DNA from: Phoronis australis
Taxonomy: Eukaryota > Animalia > Phoronida
Assembly (NCBI GenBank): GCA_002633005.1
Contig: NMRA01000106.1
Span: forward strand, 38,940 to 102,939
Length of the DNA stretch: 64,000 nucleotides
Direction: 5' to 3'
The first letter of the stretch is position 1. Every line of letters begins with the position of its first letter. Below the pieces are notes generated by a model. It was given only the letters and a program-made list of their open reading frames with translations. It did not search any database and was not told the DNA's origin. Position numbers and translations under genes: made by a program. This document shows, one piece after another, positions 13,376-25,043 of the stretch.

Positions 13376-14158
13376 GAATGATGAAAATATTTTCAAGCAA
13401 ATTTTGCGTCGTGTCTCGTTAAATCTCTTCGTTCCGTCCACGACCAAGTCGGTAGTCGGTAGATAGACGCACAGGCGCTTGAGTTTATCTGTTACTCGAT
13501 CGCAAATGACGTCACTCACTACTAAGGAAACATAAAGGTTGGGCACTCAAAATCTGTTTGCTCAGAATTTTCTACTCAAATGAGCATGGAACTCCACGAA
13601 ACTAGCATCGAACAAACCTTTGAATACCTTCTTTCATTTGATCTCTTCAAATTGCCTTCGAGTAGGGCGGTCGAACCAAAATTTTTTTTTTCGTTTTGAA
13701 AAAATTCTTTACTATCATCGGGAAGATAATGCATCCTANTAGATTATAGACAACAGATTCGCAACTCCGCCATATCCTTACGTGCTGAGTTGAACTCTCC
13801 TGACCTATCTGCTGCAGTTTCCGGTCAGTGTATTTTGACGAGAAATACTTGCATCTACTTTACTGTCCAAAACAACGAAAAAGTATTAATTAATATTAAT
13901 TTTGGCATTGAAACGCTTTTCAAAGTCTTTCAATAGTAGAAGTTTTGGTATTATGAGTACTTTTGGTTATGCTACTGGTACTTAATTACAAAATTCAAAC
14001 TTCGGTGCCGACTGATTATGTCGTCTGCTTGCCCAATAGCAGCATAGTTATCGGACAGTTTTTGATTTATGGTTCACATAGGCCTACTGAGAAAACTACG
14101 AAAGCATGTTTATGAATCAACATTCTCAAGTGATCAGTTATTCTGGAAAGTGTTGAGT

Positions 14159-14174
14159 GGCCCTTAAAAGGGCC
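14159..14174 (-). terminator. histone-type 3' stem-loop (perfect)
   Basis: Minus strand ACCAAC-GGCCCT-TTTA-AGGGCC-ACTCA: 6-bp stem, 4-nt U-rich loop and A/C-rich flanks, as in replication-dependent histone mRNA ends. Confidence 0.8.
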
Positions 14175-14199
14175 GTTGGTTGTAGCTATAGCGTGAAAT

Positions 14200-14215
14200 G
14201 GTTTTTAAAAGAACC
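14200..14215 (-). terminator. second histone-type 3' stem-loop (one mismatch)
   Basis: Minus strand TTCAAC-GGTTCT-TTTA-AAAACC-ATTTC, one substitution away from GGTTCTTTTAAGAACC. Confidence 0.6.
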
Positions 14216-14225
14216 GTTGAATAAT

Positions 14226-14293
14226 TCAACATAAATCACACAGTATACCCTGCTCACTCAAGTACTGAAGGTCCTCTTCATTCAAGTTTTCAT
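14226..14293 (-). CDS. candidate terminal exon of an unknown non-histone gene
   Basis: Pyrimidine-rich tract CCATCTTCTCTGTTTTCATCCAATCTTCCCAG, then a phase-1 frame xENLNEEDLQYLSEQGILCDLC-TGA. The first stem-loop starts 10 nt after the stop. Confidence 0.45.
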
Positions 14294-14356
14294 CTGGGAA
14301 GATTGGATGAAAACAGAGAAGATGGCAATATCGATGACATTTGTATCACCTTATAT

Positions 14357-17300
14357 TAGGGCGGTCGAACCAAAATTTTTTTTTTCGTTTTGAAAAAATT
14401 CTCTACCATCATCGGGAAGATAATGCATCCTACTCAATAAAAATCGAAAAATTATCAAAATCGAGCCAAGCACTGCAAAGTTATTGCAATTTTTGTGGCG
14501 AAATTTGGGTCACCTTGTTTGGATCGGTTCGGCCATCTTGGACGACAGCGGAATAAGTTACAAGTTTAAAACTTAGTATAAATTATTTTCGCCGATAATT
14601 TACGGTAAAAATTAGGGAGACATATCTTTACTTACTATTCTGCGCGATTCACTAGTTTTCACTAAATTTAAGCAACGCAGTTCTTACTTATTGAGTGATA
14701 AAAGTGCTGAGAATTCCCGTTGGACTTAGTCTCATTTCCGGCGGCACCGACAACATGGCGACTTTTGCTGAACTGAAAGGCATGTTCAACCAGCTACTTT
14801 GTAATTTGTGAAGATTTAACGTTGATACATTTTGACAAACGCTGCTACAAAAAAGGAACTCTGATCAATTTTCATGTTTTTGTTCAAAAAATATTAGGAA
14901 TATTCTAATTATTTTTCCCATTCAGGTGATCTTACACTCGGCTAAAAAAGTTGAAATATTTTTGAAATGTTTTTTTTTTGTTTGACAGCCAACTGCTCTT
15001 CAAGGCTTGATTATGTACCACAAAATGATTCGTATTTCTCTGAATTTTGTGGCAAATTTGTGCTTTGAAGTTGTGTTTTGTAACTTGTTGCTTTCTTTCT
15101 TCAGGTTATCAACAGAAGGCAATAGTATTATATGAAGAATCTTAATAANATTCATATTTCTCTGAATTTTGTGGCAAATTTGTGCTTTGAAGTCGTGTTT
15201 TGTAACTTGTTACTTTCTTTCTTCAGGTTATCAACAGAAGGCAATAGTATTATATGAAGAATCTTAATAAAAGAAATAGGCTATGTTGGATTGTGAATCT
15301 TCAAGCCTCCAATCCTTGTAACTTGCAACTTCATATTATTTAAATCATGGTTGTGGAATTCTGGTGTAAGGAAATACTAGTCAGTCGCCATGGTAATAGT
15401 TATGTGCATGCAAATTAGTAGTCAAGAAAATTTTGTGCAGTTGGATACCATTTGTAATGCTTAATGATCTAAAGTACTGTGCATTCAAGGTTACTTATGG
15501 TAAAAGATTGAATCATTTTCGCTTACACATTATGGTAACTGTACTGAGATTATTTCAGTTTTGACTGATGTGGGGTAGATATAACCCTCAACTACCTTGA
15601 AAGTCTTTCACTCTAGAAAATTGAAAGGTCACTTCCTTCGTACTCACCGCTTAAATAAAAAATTATAACATTTTGTATTGGACTTATCATGCTCCTCATT
15701 TATTTTTCCAATCTTTTAGTTATCTCATAACTGAATCAGAAATAGTGAAATCAGTCCTCAGCTTGGCACAGCAATTCATTACAATGCGACTTCATTTTGG
15801 CAGTACAGGGGAAGATGTACCAGTGAAGAAGGCACCCCTTCAAGTGATCTGTACTGAAATAGAAAATCAATCAGTTGAAGGCACTGATACAAGCTTAAAN
15901 CTCTAGAAAATTGAAAGGTCACTTCCTTCGTACTCACCGCTTAAATAAAAAATGATAACATTTTGTATTGGACTTATCGTCTTTGAGCTATGTCAAGAAA
16001 TGGAATTGAAAGAACGTACGCCAGGGATTAATTATCATATGAAAAAAGCAAAATTTTGGAGGGTTGACCAATCTTGTCAAAACTGAGGGTTTTTTGTCTA
16101 GTATCTTTTCTTGCCAATGCCTTGGATGATCTGCTCAATGAAGATGAAAATAAATTTGTGTCATGTTTGGGAAGTTAATGATTATATCAGTGGCGTACAT
16201 GTACATACCTAACAGCTATAGACTGTTGCCACTGCATGGGTGGAACATAGAAAAAGTAGCCACAACAGAATTACATGTAATGTGACTGTTTTTGACTGAG
16301 ATAGAAATGAAGACCTCTTTTACATAAGATACGTTATCATCAAGGAAAATTTTTTCTCATCAATACAAAACATGCTCCTCATTTATTTTTCCAATCTTTT
16401 AGTTATCTCATAACTGAATCAGAAATAGTGAAATCAGTCCTCAGCTTGGCACAGCAATTCATTACAATGCGACTTCATTTTGGCAGTACAGGGGAAGATG
16501 TACCACTGAAGAAGGCACCCCTTCAAGTGATCTGTACTGAAATAGAAAATCAATCAGTTGAAGGCACTGATACAAGCTTAAAAATCATACAGTTAGTCAT
16601 TTAAAATACTCCAGTAACTTGTTAAAATTCATGAAAATTCACTTCCTTACTCTACTTGAAATGAAACTGGCTTTCACTGTGCAAAATGGCCCTAAAAATA
16701 GATATGATGTGATCCAAAGACACTGCATAATTTGTTTACTTGGCTGCCATGACAAATCACGTGGAAGTGGAAAAATCCACAGCTTTCATCAAACTTTGTA
16801 TCTTTTGCGCACTCAACTCTGGTTACATTTGTATTGCGATTGCTGCATTATTTAGAGGGGGTGGTGTACTCATAAAACCGGGCGAAAATTTTTCTTTTTT
16901 CTTGTCGTAGAAATATCCAATTAATTTTAAATTTTACAAAAAATAGGACTTCTAATAAAAATAAAAATTCTTCGTCAAGATTCCAAAAATTTGACCATAT
17001 TTTCGCACACAAATAACCTTCACACCCCTTCGTAAGGACTATCCTATGTGGGCAAACTCGGTCACTTGCCGGTATGCCGTCCATTTTGGGTGGTTGGTGA
17101 ATTTTGAGCTCAAGGTCGAAATTAAACGTCCCGTGGAGTATGAAAATGCAGATGAAGTCCATGAAAAGATTTGGAGATAGTATACTGAGTGTTTCTGGAC
17201 CTGTTAATGTGAGTTTTGTTTGATAGGTTAAATTTTCACGCGCGTTAAAAATTTTTAAACGTTGATGTTCAGCACGGCAAAATCACCGACACGCGGAAGT

Positions 17301-17890
17301 GACGTCACCAGCCAATATTTCAAAAGCGGTTTTAGATACACTCACATAACGCTTTTGCGCACGTCGGGGACATGTGACACTTGAATGCAGTTCAGTCCAA
17401 TATTTTAAGGGGAGGTTGGCCTATAAAGAACCGGACGAAGAATTTTGAAAAAAAAATTTTAACTTGTATTTATTTTGCTCTAAAGTTGAAATTTAACAAA
17501 ATTTTTATGTTTAAGGACGAAATTAAAAATTCTTCGTCCGGAAAGTGAAAATTTGACCTTTCTTTTATATAAAAACATTTAATGCACCCCCCCAACTGGT
17601 GAGTCCAACATGCGCATAGAGCTGAAAAATGCCTACTTGTCGGTGCCGCGGTTTCGCGAGACTGGGATTCCTGAACCTGGACCTTCATTCAAAGGTGGAA
17701 TTTCACACTTTAGTGGGCAGAGAGGTCAGACTCATTTATTGTACGTTTAGAACGTTTATTTGAGAATCTGTTACTTTACTTTTTGTAGCTTAAGAATGTG
17801 GAGTTTAACTAATAAAAATTTTTGAAAATGGAACTTGGGACATTGAAAATGGCCCATCCAAAAACAAAATGGCCGACTTCGACCGCCCTA
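14357..17890. mobile_element. TIR DNA transposon (TAGGG ends; hAT- or Academ-like, superfamily unresolved) with decayed interior
   Basis: 13-bp TIR TAGGGCGGTCGAA / TTCGACCGCCCTA and duplicated subterminal blocks near 16960 and 17525. No intact ORF and no matching TSD. A second copy of the left end lies at 13663-13738. Confidence 0.75.
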
Positions 17891-19526
17891 CCATGAGGCT
17901 AATAATTACAAAAATTCTTTACACTGAGCAAAAAAATATCACCTGATAGCCTAAATAAAAATTCAATTCCAGGTTCACGCATACGCGATCTTGAGACAAA
18001 GCAGGATTCGAAGTTCACACACACAGCAGCAACACGCCCAGTGAAATTGCCTACTTGCAGGAAGAGATATCTCTTCCTGCTACTTGTGAAGTCGGACAGG
18101 CAACAAGTAGCCGCCTGTGCACGTAGCCCCTCGGTTGTGCCTAGAAGTCAGAGTGTACAAAAACCTGAACATGCGAACAGTATTACTGAAGCCAAAGCCT
18201 TCAAATACCTTGCATATAGCTCAACTTGGATTTAAACTCATTTTTCAAAAATTTAACGCCAAATTTCAGATATGTTTTTTCACGGAAGCCATTGAAATTC
18301 AGGTGCTATGACAAGGACACCTAGCGTCGAAATGCGTAAACAAGTACGAATTTGTGCCTATTTAGTCTTATACATGAGAAGAAAACATGCACGCACATTA
18401 TGTTGGTTGGGACGGAACTGTAAAAAAGTCAAAGAGGTAACGAGACGTTATGAAATGTACGTGCGCTGCATTCATAGGATCGCCGTATNGCGTGGTTGCG
18501 CTGCACGCGAAACAAGATGGCGGACGAACTTTGGAGCCTGACGAAAATAGGTAACCGGACGATATATGAATTATAATCTGATGACAGCGATGCGTCTTGT
18601 CGATGAATCGATGCAGACGACGACGAAAGCACGTGCAATTTGATTGCATTTTAAAGTATCTTTTTGCCTTCCAAAGTATCTCTTTGCCTTTATCGTGAGC
18701 TGTCGGGTTTTGACCACAGTAAGTGTTTCATCTGTGGTTGGATTTTATTTTAAAGACAAATGAAAAAATAAACAAATGGAAGAATGTCATTGCATCCAGA
18801 TGTTTTCATTGTGGATAAATATTCTTCAACTTCTATATGTAGTCAAGCAACATAATGTGGGACGTCTTGGCGCATTTTGTATTATATAATTGGAAATACT
18901 ACGGATAGTTGTAAATCCTTTACTGAAGTAAAGACTTACCTTTACGGAATAGTTCTATTACTATATCTTGTCACCGAAAGCCACATTTATGTTCTGACTG
19001 ATCATTAAAAAACACAACTAGCAAACCTTCGGAGAACCTAAATATCGGACACCGTGTTTCCGCATACGGAAACTAACCAAGTAATGGCCGCGGGCACTTT
19101 GTCGCCAAATTGCAGCTTGAGTGTTTAGATATATTTGCTGCTAGAATACAGCTCCGCTCGCAATAAAATTATTCTTAAAACGTCATCTGATGACGGCACC
19201 AAGTTGCCTCTATGAATGAGTGCAGACGACCAAAACCACGTGTAACCTCACTGCAGATTTTGTATCTCTTTGCATTCTTGATGTGACACACACACACGTG
19301 CGCGGGTTTGACATGAGTTTAAACAGTACACACCATGGATTTTTGCACATTTTGAATTACCGGTGGCTACAGACTAAATGTATGACGTAAAATTTAGCTA
19401 AACCCATGTTTAGTTTGTGTAATTAGCTCAAAATTTTGAGTTTTCTTTCAATTTTGCCAATTTTCATATTTCCCGCCATGTGACGTCATGGGTTGAACAC
19501 AAGAGATCAGTGACTAGCATTGATCA

Positions 19527-19775
19527 ATGGCGGAGAACAGGGAATTTGAAAGCGACGACGATTATGAGCAAGAATTGAACGAATACTATGAAAAAGCATA
19601 CGAGAATGGTGGACAGGATGAGGAAATTGGGTTGCACGAAAGCGAGAACAAGTTTAATGTGCTTCCGGCTGCGTACTTTTCTACTTTGAGCCTTGCGAAC
19701 TGGATCCTCCCGCGAAAGAAGCGGTCTCGGGCTCGGCGAGTCAACCCAGTCATCCAACAGGCGATCCTGAATTAA
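19527..19775 (+). pseudogene. truncated acidic ORF, probable 5' part of the Kolobok second gene (KolX-like)
   Basis: MAENREFESDDDYEQELNEYYEKAY..., strong start context CAATGGCG, convergent with the THAP remnant inside the TIRs. Confidence 0.45.
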
Positions 19776-19789
19776 CAGCTGATGTTTCT

Positions 19790-20045
19790 GAATGATAAAT
19801 ATTGTCCTTTATTGAACCAAGCCTTCATCGTAACGTCTCCTGTGACTGGAGTCGAAACACGAGTCCTCAAAGTGGGCAGAACACAGAGTGGCCCTGGACC
19901 GAATCGCTTGGTCCACGATGACGTCCCACACTCTCGTTCGGCGCCCGAAGCGATGCCACTTCTGTGCAACTTTCATGTCCTTCGGAACACCGAGACGTTC
20001 TCCGCCTGGCTGCTGTTGCAGCAGCCTCCGGAAACACACCTTTTG
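19790..20045 (-). pseudogene. frameshifted THAP domain (transposase N-terminus)
   Basis: RCVSGGCCNSSQAENVSVF / frameshift / PKDMKVAQKWHRFGRRTR...TLCSAHFEDSCFD, then *RTIF. Shows the THAP C2CH, P, W and LCSxHF signature. Confidence 0.85.
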
Positions 20046-20836
20046 GTCCCTCTACGAACCTTCTCGACGCTAAATGTACTTTGCTTTCTCTTCACTCTAT
20101 ACACTTTGTCTCTGATCCGAACAGTATGGCAAACGACTTGGGTTTAACTCATGACGTTGTAGATAATTATTATTTTTTCAATTTTTGCGTGTTTCTTTAT
20201 GAGCTGTGCACTAAAGGCACTGAAATCAAGTAAGATATAATAATAAAAATTTATTTTGAGGTACTAGAGTCATGTTGTGTACACTTTAAAACAAATGAAA
20301 AAAAGAAACGGTGACACACTTTTAGTTCATTTAGGTAACTTCATTGTGGAAAAAGATTTATAACCGATTTATGTGATCGTCCTTTTTAAGACGACTTGGG
20401 GGTCTATATTGCACCCTCTCTCGGTGAAAACGAGGCAACGCTATAAAAACGAGACAGTGCCGAATATTGAATGCATTACAGCGCAACGAAAAATTGGTGT
20501 CATTTAGTTCTCAGATTATGCTTCAAGTATATTTAGGGTCCGTCCCATAATTAGGTACACTATGTGTACTTCAAAATACATGGAGAAAATCGTAGTGATA
20601 ACTAACGAAAGTAGCATGTACATTCTTAAACTGCATCTTTTTCTTTTCTTCATAGTTGATAAAAATCTTTGAATATGGCCTATTCTCGATGAGATTGCCT
20701 TCCGATTTATAACACATCAGTACAAAGTGCCATTTTGCAGAGGCACCCAGTTGCACAGCTTCACAAAATGGCCATTATTGGAGTGTTTTATTTGTGTGTT
20801 TTATTTGTTTATGTCAAACAGTCTTTGTGATGATAA

Positions 20837-21076
20837 AATGCGCGCACCCAGTCTAAAATATAGGGGGGCTCGAATTCTTCGATATGCGGACCTTTTACTG
20901 AAAAAAATCAACGAGGACTTAAAAAAAGACGGGGCAACTAGGTTCAGGCCTGCCAATCGTGCATCCACGCCGAATTTCTGTGGACTTAGTGGACCTTTGT
21001 CTCGTTTACTCGGACTTTTTGTTTCACTGAGGCGGAGGACCTTTTTGCCCACTTCGCCAAATTGGGTGCGCCTGTG
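20837..21076. mobile_element. MITE of the same family, 5-bp TSD GATAA
   Basis: GATAA-AATGCGCGCACCC...GGGTGCGCCTGTG-GATAA. Confidence 0.8.
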
Positions 21077-21318
21077 GATAACTAAATTAAAACGATAGAA
21101 TCTTACACTATCATCTAACTTATGTGTGAAATTTGTGTGAAATGGAGCAATGACTTCAAAAGTACACCTTTGTATATAATATCAGTGTGTGTGTGTGATA
21201 TTGGACATCACACTGTTAGGAGTGGATAACAGTTAGAATGCACTGAGTTTGCAATTTAAATTTAAATTTAAATTGAATTGAAATCCAGTTTTTGTTTGTG
21301 ACACCCTTGTAATTGTAG

Positions 21319-21481
21319 AGTAAATGCAGTTAGTGGGGTGCAACGTTCGACAGAGGAATTAACAAAGAAATGGTCAAATTATGCTTCATCAGTAAAGGGA
21401 AAAGAGGCTCAAAGAAGAAGGGAAATGAAGAGGACTGCGGGAAGGCCACCCACCAAGTCGTTAAGTGAGCTGGAAGACCAG
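21319..21481 (+). pseudogene. isolated exon encoding a Myb/SANT-like (Harbinger ORF2 / MSANTD-type) DNA-binding domain half
   Basis: TTGTAG acceptor and CAG/GTCAGA donor. Encodes VNAVSGVQRSTEELTKKWSNYASSVKGKEAQRRREMKRTAGRPPTKSLSELEDQ. The second copy at 24481-24642 has a 1-bp deletion. Confidence 0.7.
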
Positions 21482-21943
21482 GTCAGAGGCAAGGGGTCGG
21501 AGGTCGTGACCTTTTAAGAAAAGCCGGGCTATTTTTGTCAAATAATGCTTTTACTCAAAACCAATTGAAAACTTAAATATAATAGAAATAAATTGAATTT
21601 ATAAATTAAGGTTTACCAACTGTTATAGCTTAAAACACGTTTTTTCACGCTAAGTTTCGACCGGGAAATTATCGTCTGCTAAAGTAGGTTACCACTGGTA
21701 ACTGAATATAATTCTCAAGTCAAAGATCCTGACGACACGAAACCCGCATTCAAACTGGAGATCGGTGATTTACAAGTAAGAGGACATGAGAGAAAAATTT
21801 CACTGAATTAAGATATCATTTTTATGGAAATTATGTGTCTTATTTTTCGTAGCGTATAAGTACAGTATAATGCGGTTTCTTGAACATGCGATTATTGCGC
21901 GTGCTCATTTAAGTATTCTATTTTCACTCTTGATGACGTCAGT

Positions 21944-22012
21944 CACTGCATGGTTCAGTGGTAAAGTCGGCGACCAACAATTCCAGGATCCCGGGTTCGA
22001 CTCCGTCCTCGG
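21944..22012 (+). other. tRNA-derived Pol III promoter head (SINE-like)
   Basis: A box TGGTTCAGTGG and B box GGTTCGACTCC at tRNA-like spacing; no acceptor stem. Confidence 0.55.
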
Positions 22013-22397
22013 TTTCCCGCCAAATCCTTATCTCACTAGTGAGAAAACTTTATGGGTTATTACACGGTTGTATCTGTCATATGACGCTAATATTGTGGTA
22101 TAAGAGGTGATATTTAACGGAAATGAGTTATCAGTTTTTCTCTCAAACGGTCTGTAATTATTTAAGTTTTACCGCTGTTTTTCATCCATACGCTTAGTTT
22201 GAACCATTTTCTGATGCCAAACTAACAATCAGTTCATACTGCAGCTAGCTGCCAAGAAGGACAGTATGGTAAATTGGCATGATCAAACTATGAAGATGGA
22301 TATCTCCAGGTTAGAAAATGTGTATCTAATCATCTTACCCATTTGACGACCCCTGCATAATGACCCCTGTATCACAATGAGGGGGGTGGTACTGGGG

Positions 22398-22790
22398 ATC
22401 CAGGTTATAATCTTTGTAATAATAATCTAACTCGATATTAGTTTTAATGCTTCTGTTCTATCTATGCTCGAACTTATGATAATGGTAAATTATTCTGGAC
22501 TGGATTCTAGTATGGATTACGTGGATGACTGTGTACTAACCATATTTAATTTGTACTTGATGTCCCCAGCATTAAAGCTATAACTTCTAGCCTGAACTCG
22601 AAATCTCGAGCTTTTACTTTAAATATCAAGATTTCACTAGAGTTTGAACACGTATCAAGGGATTATAAAGTGCAGATTTCCATTTTACATTCACATGAGT
22701 ATTCCCTAGCAGAGAATAAGTAGTTATCTGTCTTGAGTTTGTAATAATATCCATTTCGAAGATAACAATGGGACGCCGAGCTAAGTACTT
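22398..22790. mobile_element. old degenerate relative of the 24643-25043 MITE
   Basis: Shares TAATCTTTGTA...AACTCGA, CGAACTTAxGATAAT and GAACTCGAAATxTCGAGxTTTTACT blocks. Confidence 0.5.
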
Positions 22791-23149
22791 GACGCGTTAT
22801 TTTAATTTTTTTGGAAATAGTAGTTTTCGACTTTTTAAAGTAGTTATATTACTGGCTTCCTGTCTCGAATTTGCATCAAGTTCAGCAATAGAGAAATAAA
22901 AACTATGAAATATTACATTGTGCGGTTGAAGTGCGCACAGTGACTTCGCACATTTAGTTCCACAGTTTATTTGAAAGTGCACACAGCCACTCAAGTGATG
23001 AATGCAACAGGTTTAACGCTATTTTTTCTTTTTTTCACTCAGTTCACGCTCCCAAGACCTAAATACCACTGCGACAAGAGATCAAGGGTCCATATAGAAG
23101 AGGAAACACGTTGCATGCAGCATGTAGACCGCGCGGTCAGTTGTAATCT

Positions 23150-23410
23150 TATTGATACTCAACAAAATTCAGACCCGGAGTCACAAGTTGCATGTCACAC
23201 AACATCCTAGTTTCACAGACTCTTCCATTGATGTAGGGATACTCAGCATAATTCTGGGGCGGAGCCACAAGCTACATGTCGCACAACACCCCTTAGCAAA
23301 GTAGTTTCATCGTAAAAAGGCACTTCCACCGATCTTATCGGTACTCAACAAAATTCGGGTGCGTATTCACAAACTACCTGTCGCACAACACCGCTTAGCA
23401 AGCTAGTTGC
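23150..23410 (+). repeat. three diverged tandem units (~85-105 bp)
   Basis: TACTCAxCAxAATTC...CACAAxxTxCxTGTCxCACAACA recurs near 23156, 23241 and 23342. Confidence 0.7.
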
Positions 23411-24642
23411 ACAATACAAAGGCACAGTTACGACGACTCGTAAGAACGGACTAAGCAGTAGTCTAAACAAAGGCAATGTATCCTCCTTGTCGGAGTCAGC
23501 TTAGGTCTCTCATCGGACAAGCGCAAAGTTTTTCAGCGCCAACATGCAAAAGAATTCGTATAGTAAAAAGAATGCATATATATGGACTTGTTTTTACCAC
23601 AAGAAAAGTAGCATGGATATATATATGTGTGTGTGTGNCGAATATTGAATGCATTACAGCGCAACGAAAAATTGGTGTCATTTAGTTCTCAGATTATGCT
23701 TCAAGTATATTTAGCGTCCGTCCCATAATTAGGTACACTATGTGTACTTCAAAATACATGGAGAAAATCGTATTGATAAATGACGAAAGTAGCATGTACA
23801 TTCTTAAACTGCATCTACCACTTTTTCTTTTCTTCATAGTTGATAAAAATCTTTGAATATGGCCTATTCTCGATGAGATTGCCTTCCGATTTATAACACA
23901 TCAGTACAAAGTGCCATTTTGCAGAGGTACCCAGTTGCACAGCTTCACAAAATGGCCATTATTGGAGTGTGTTTTATTTGTTTATGTCAAACAGTCTTTG
24001 TGATGATAAAATGCGCGCACCCAGCCTAAAATATAGGGGGGCTCGAATTCTTCGATATGCGGACCTTTTACTGAAAAAAATCAACGAGGACTTAAAAAAG
24101 ACGGGGCAACTAGGTTCAGGCCTGCCAATCCTGCATCCACGCCGAATTTCTGTGGACTTAGTGGACCTTTGTCTCGTTTACTCGGACTTTTTGTTTCACT
24201 GAGGCGGCGGACCTTTTTGCCCACTTCGCCAAATTGGGTGCGCCTATGGATAACTAAATTAAAACGATAGAATCTTAGACTATCATCTAACTTATGTGTG
24301 AAGTTTGTGTGAAATGGAGCAATGACTTCAAAAGTACACCTTTGTATATAATATCAGTGTGTGTGATACTGGACATCACACTGTTGGGAGTGGATAACAG
24401 TTAGAATGCACTGAGTTTGCAATTTAAATTTAAATTGAATTGAAATCCAGTTTTTGTTTGTGACACCCTTGTAATTGTAGAGTAAATGCAGTTAGTGGGT
24501 GCAACGTTCGACAGAGGAATTAACAAAGAAATGGTCAAATTATGCCTCATCAGTAAAGGGAAAAGAGGCTCAAAGAAGACGGGAAATGAAGAGGACTGCG
24601 GGAAGGCCACCCACCAAGTCGTTAAGTGAGCTGGAAGACCAG

Positions 24643-25043
24643 GGCCCGGTCTCCAATCTTTTTACTCGAAATGGAACTCGAAATTAGGTTTGGCATTTTC
24701 TACTCTACTTTTGGGCGAACTCAAGATAAGTGTCTATTATTCTATGCCCGAGTACACAATAACTTACGTAGATAATTTATTGCCCTTAGTTCACAGTTTG
24801 TAAACCCAATATTAAAGCAATAAGTTCGAGTTTGAACTCGAAATTTCGAGTTTTTACTCGAGTTTGTAGCACGAATATAAAGGTCTTCAAGGGCAAACAT
24901 GAACTAGAAATTCCTATGTATAAACTATAATGTATTCGAGCACAGTCTGATAACCAATTATCTTAAGTTCGCACAAAAGGAGCAGAGAAATTGCCAAAAA
25001 TAGTTTCGAGTTCGTTTCGAGTACAAAGATTAGAGACCGGGCC
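24643..25043. mobile_element. PIF/Harbinger-type MITE, 401 bp
   Basis: TIR GGCCCGGTCTC(C/T)AATCTTT with long imperfect palindromy and 3-bp CAG TSD (24640-42, 25044-46). The empty site is visible at 21479-21481. Confidence 0.9.

Larger units (their letters stand above)
19323..20285. mobile_element. internally deleted Kolobok-type DNA transposon
   Basis: TTAA on both sides (19319-22, 20286-89) and imperfect TIRs ACAGTACACACCATG / CATGTTGTGTACACT. Contains a convergent acidic ORF head (+) and THAP remnant (-). Confidence 0.75.
20461..21843 (+). repeat. near-identical duplicate of 23639-25406 (probable allelic haplotype or recent tandem duplication)
   Basis: Colinear with few SNPs/indels apart from the 401-bp MITE. 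The second copy starts right after a single N and ends at a gap. Confidence 0.9.

Noticed and set aside
21724-21750. CTGACGA-CAC-GAAAC hammerhead-like motif
   Set aside because: No room for helix II, no convincing helices I/III, and the duplicate copy reads GATAC.
21944-22020. Functional tRNA gene
   Set aside because: A and B boxes are present but there is no acceptor stem or proper cloverleaf.
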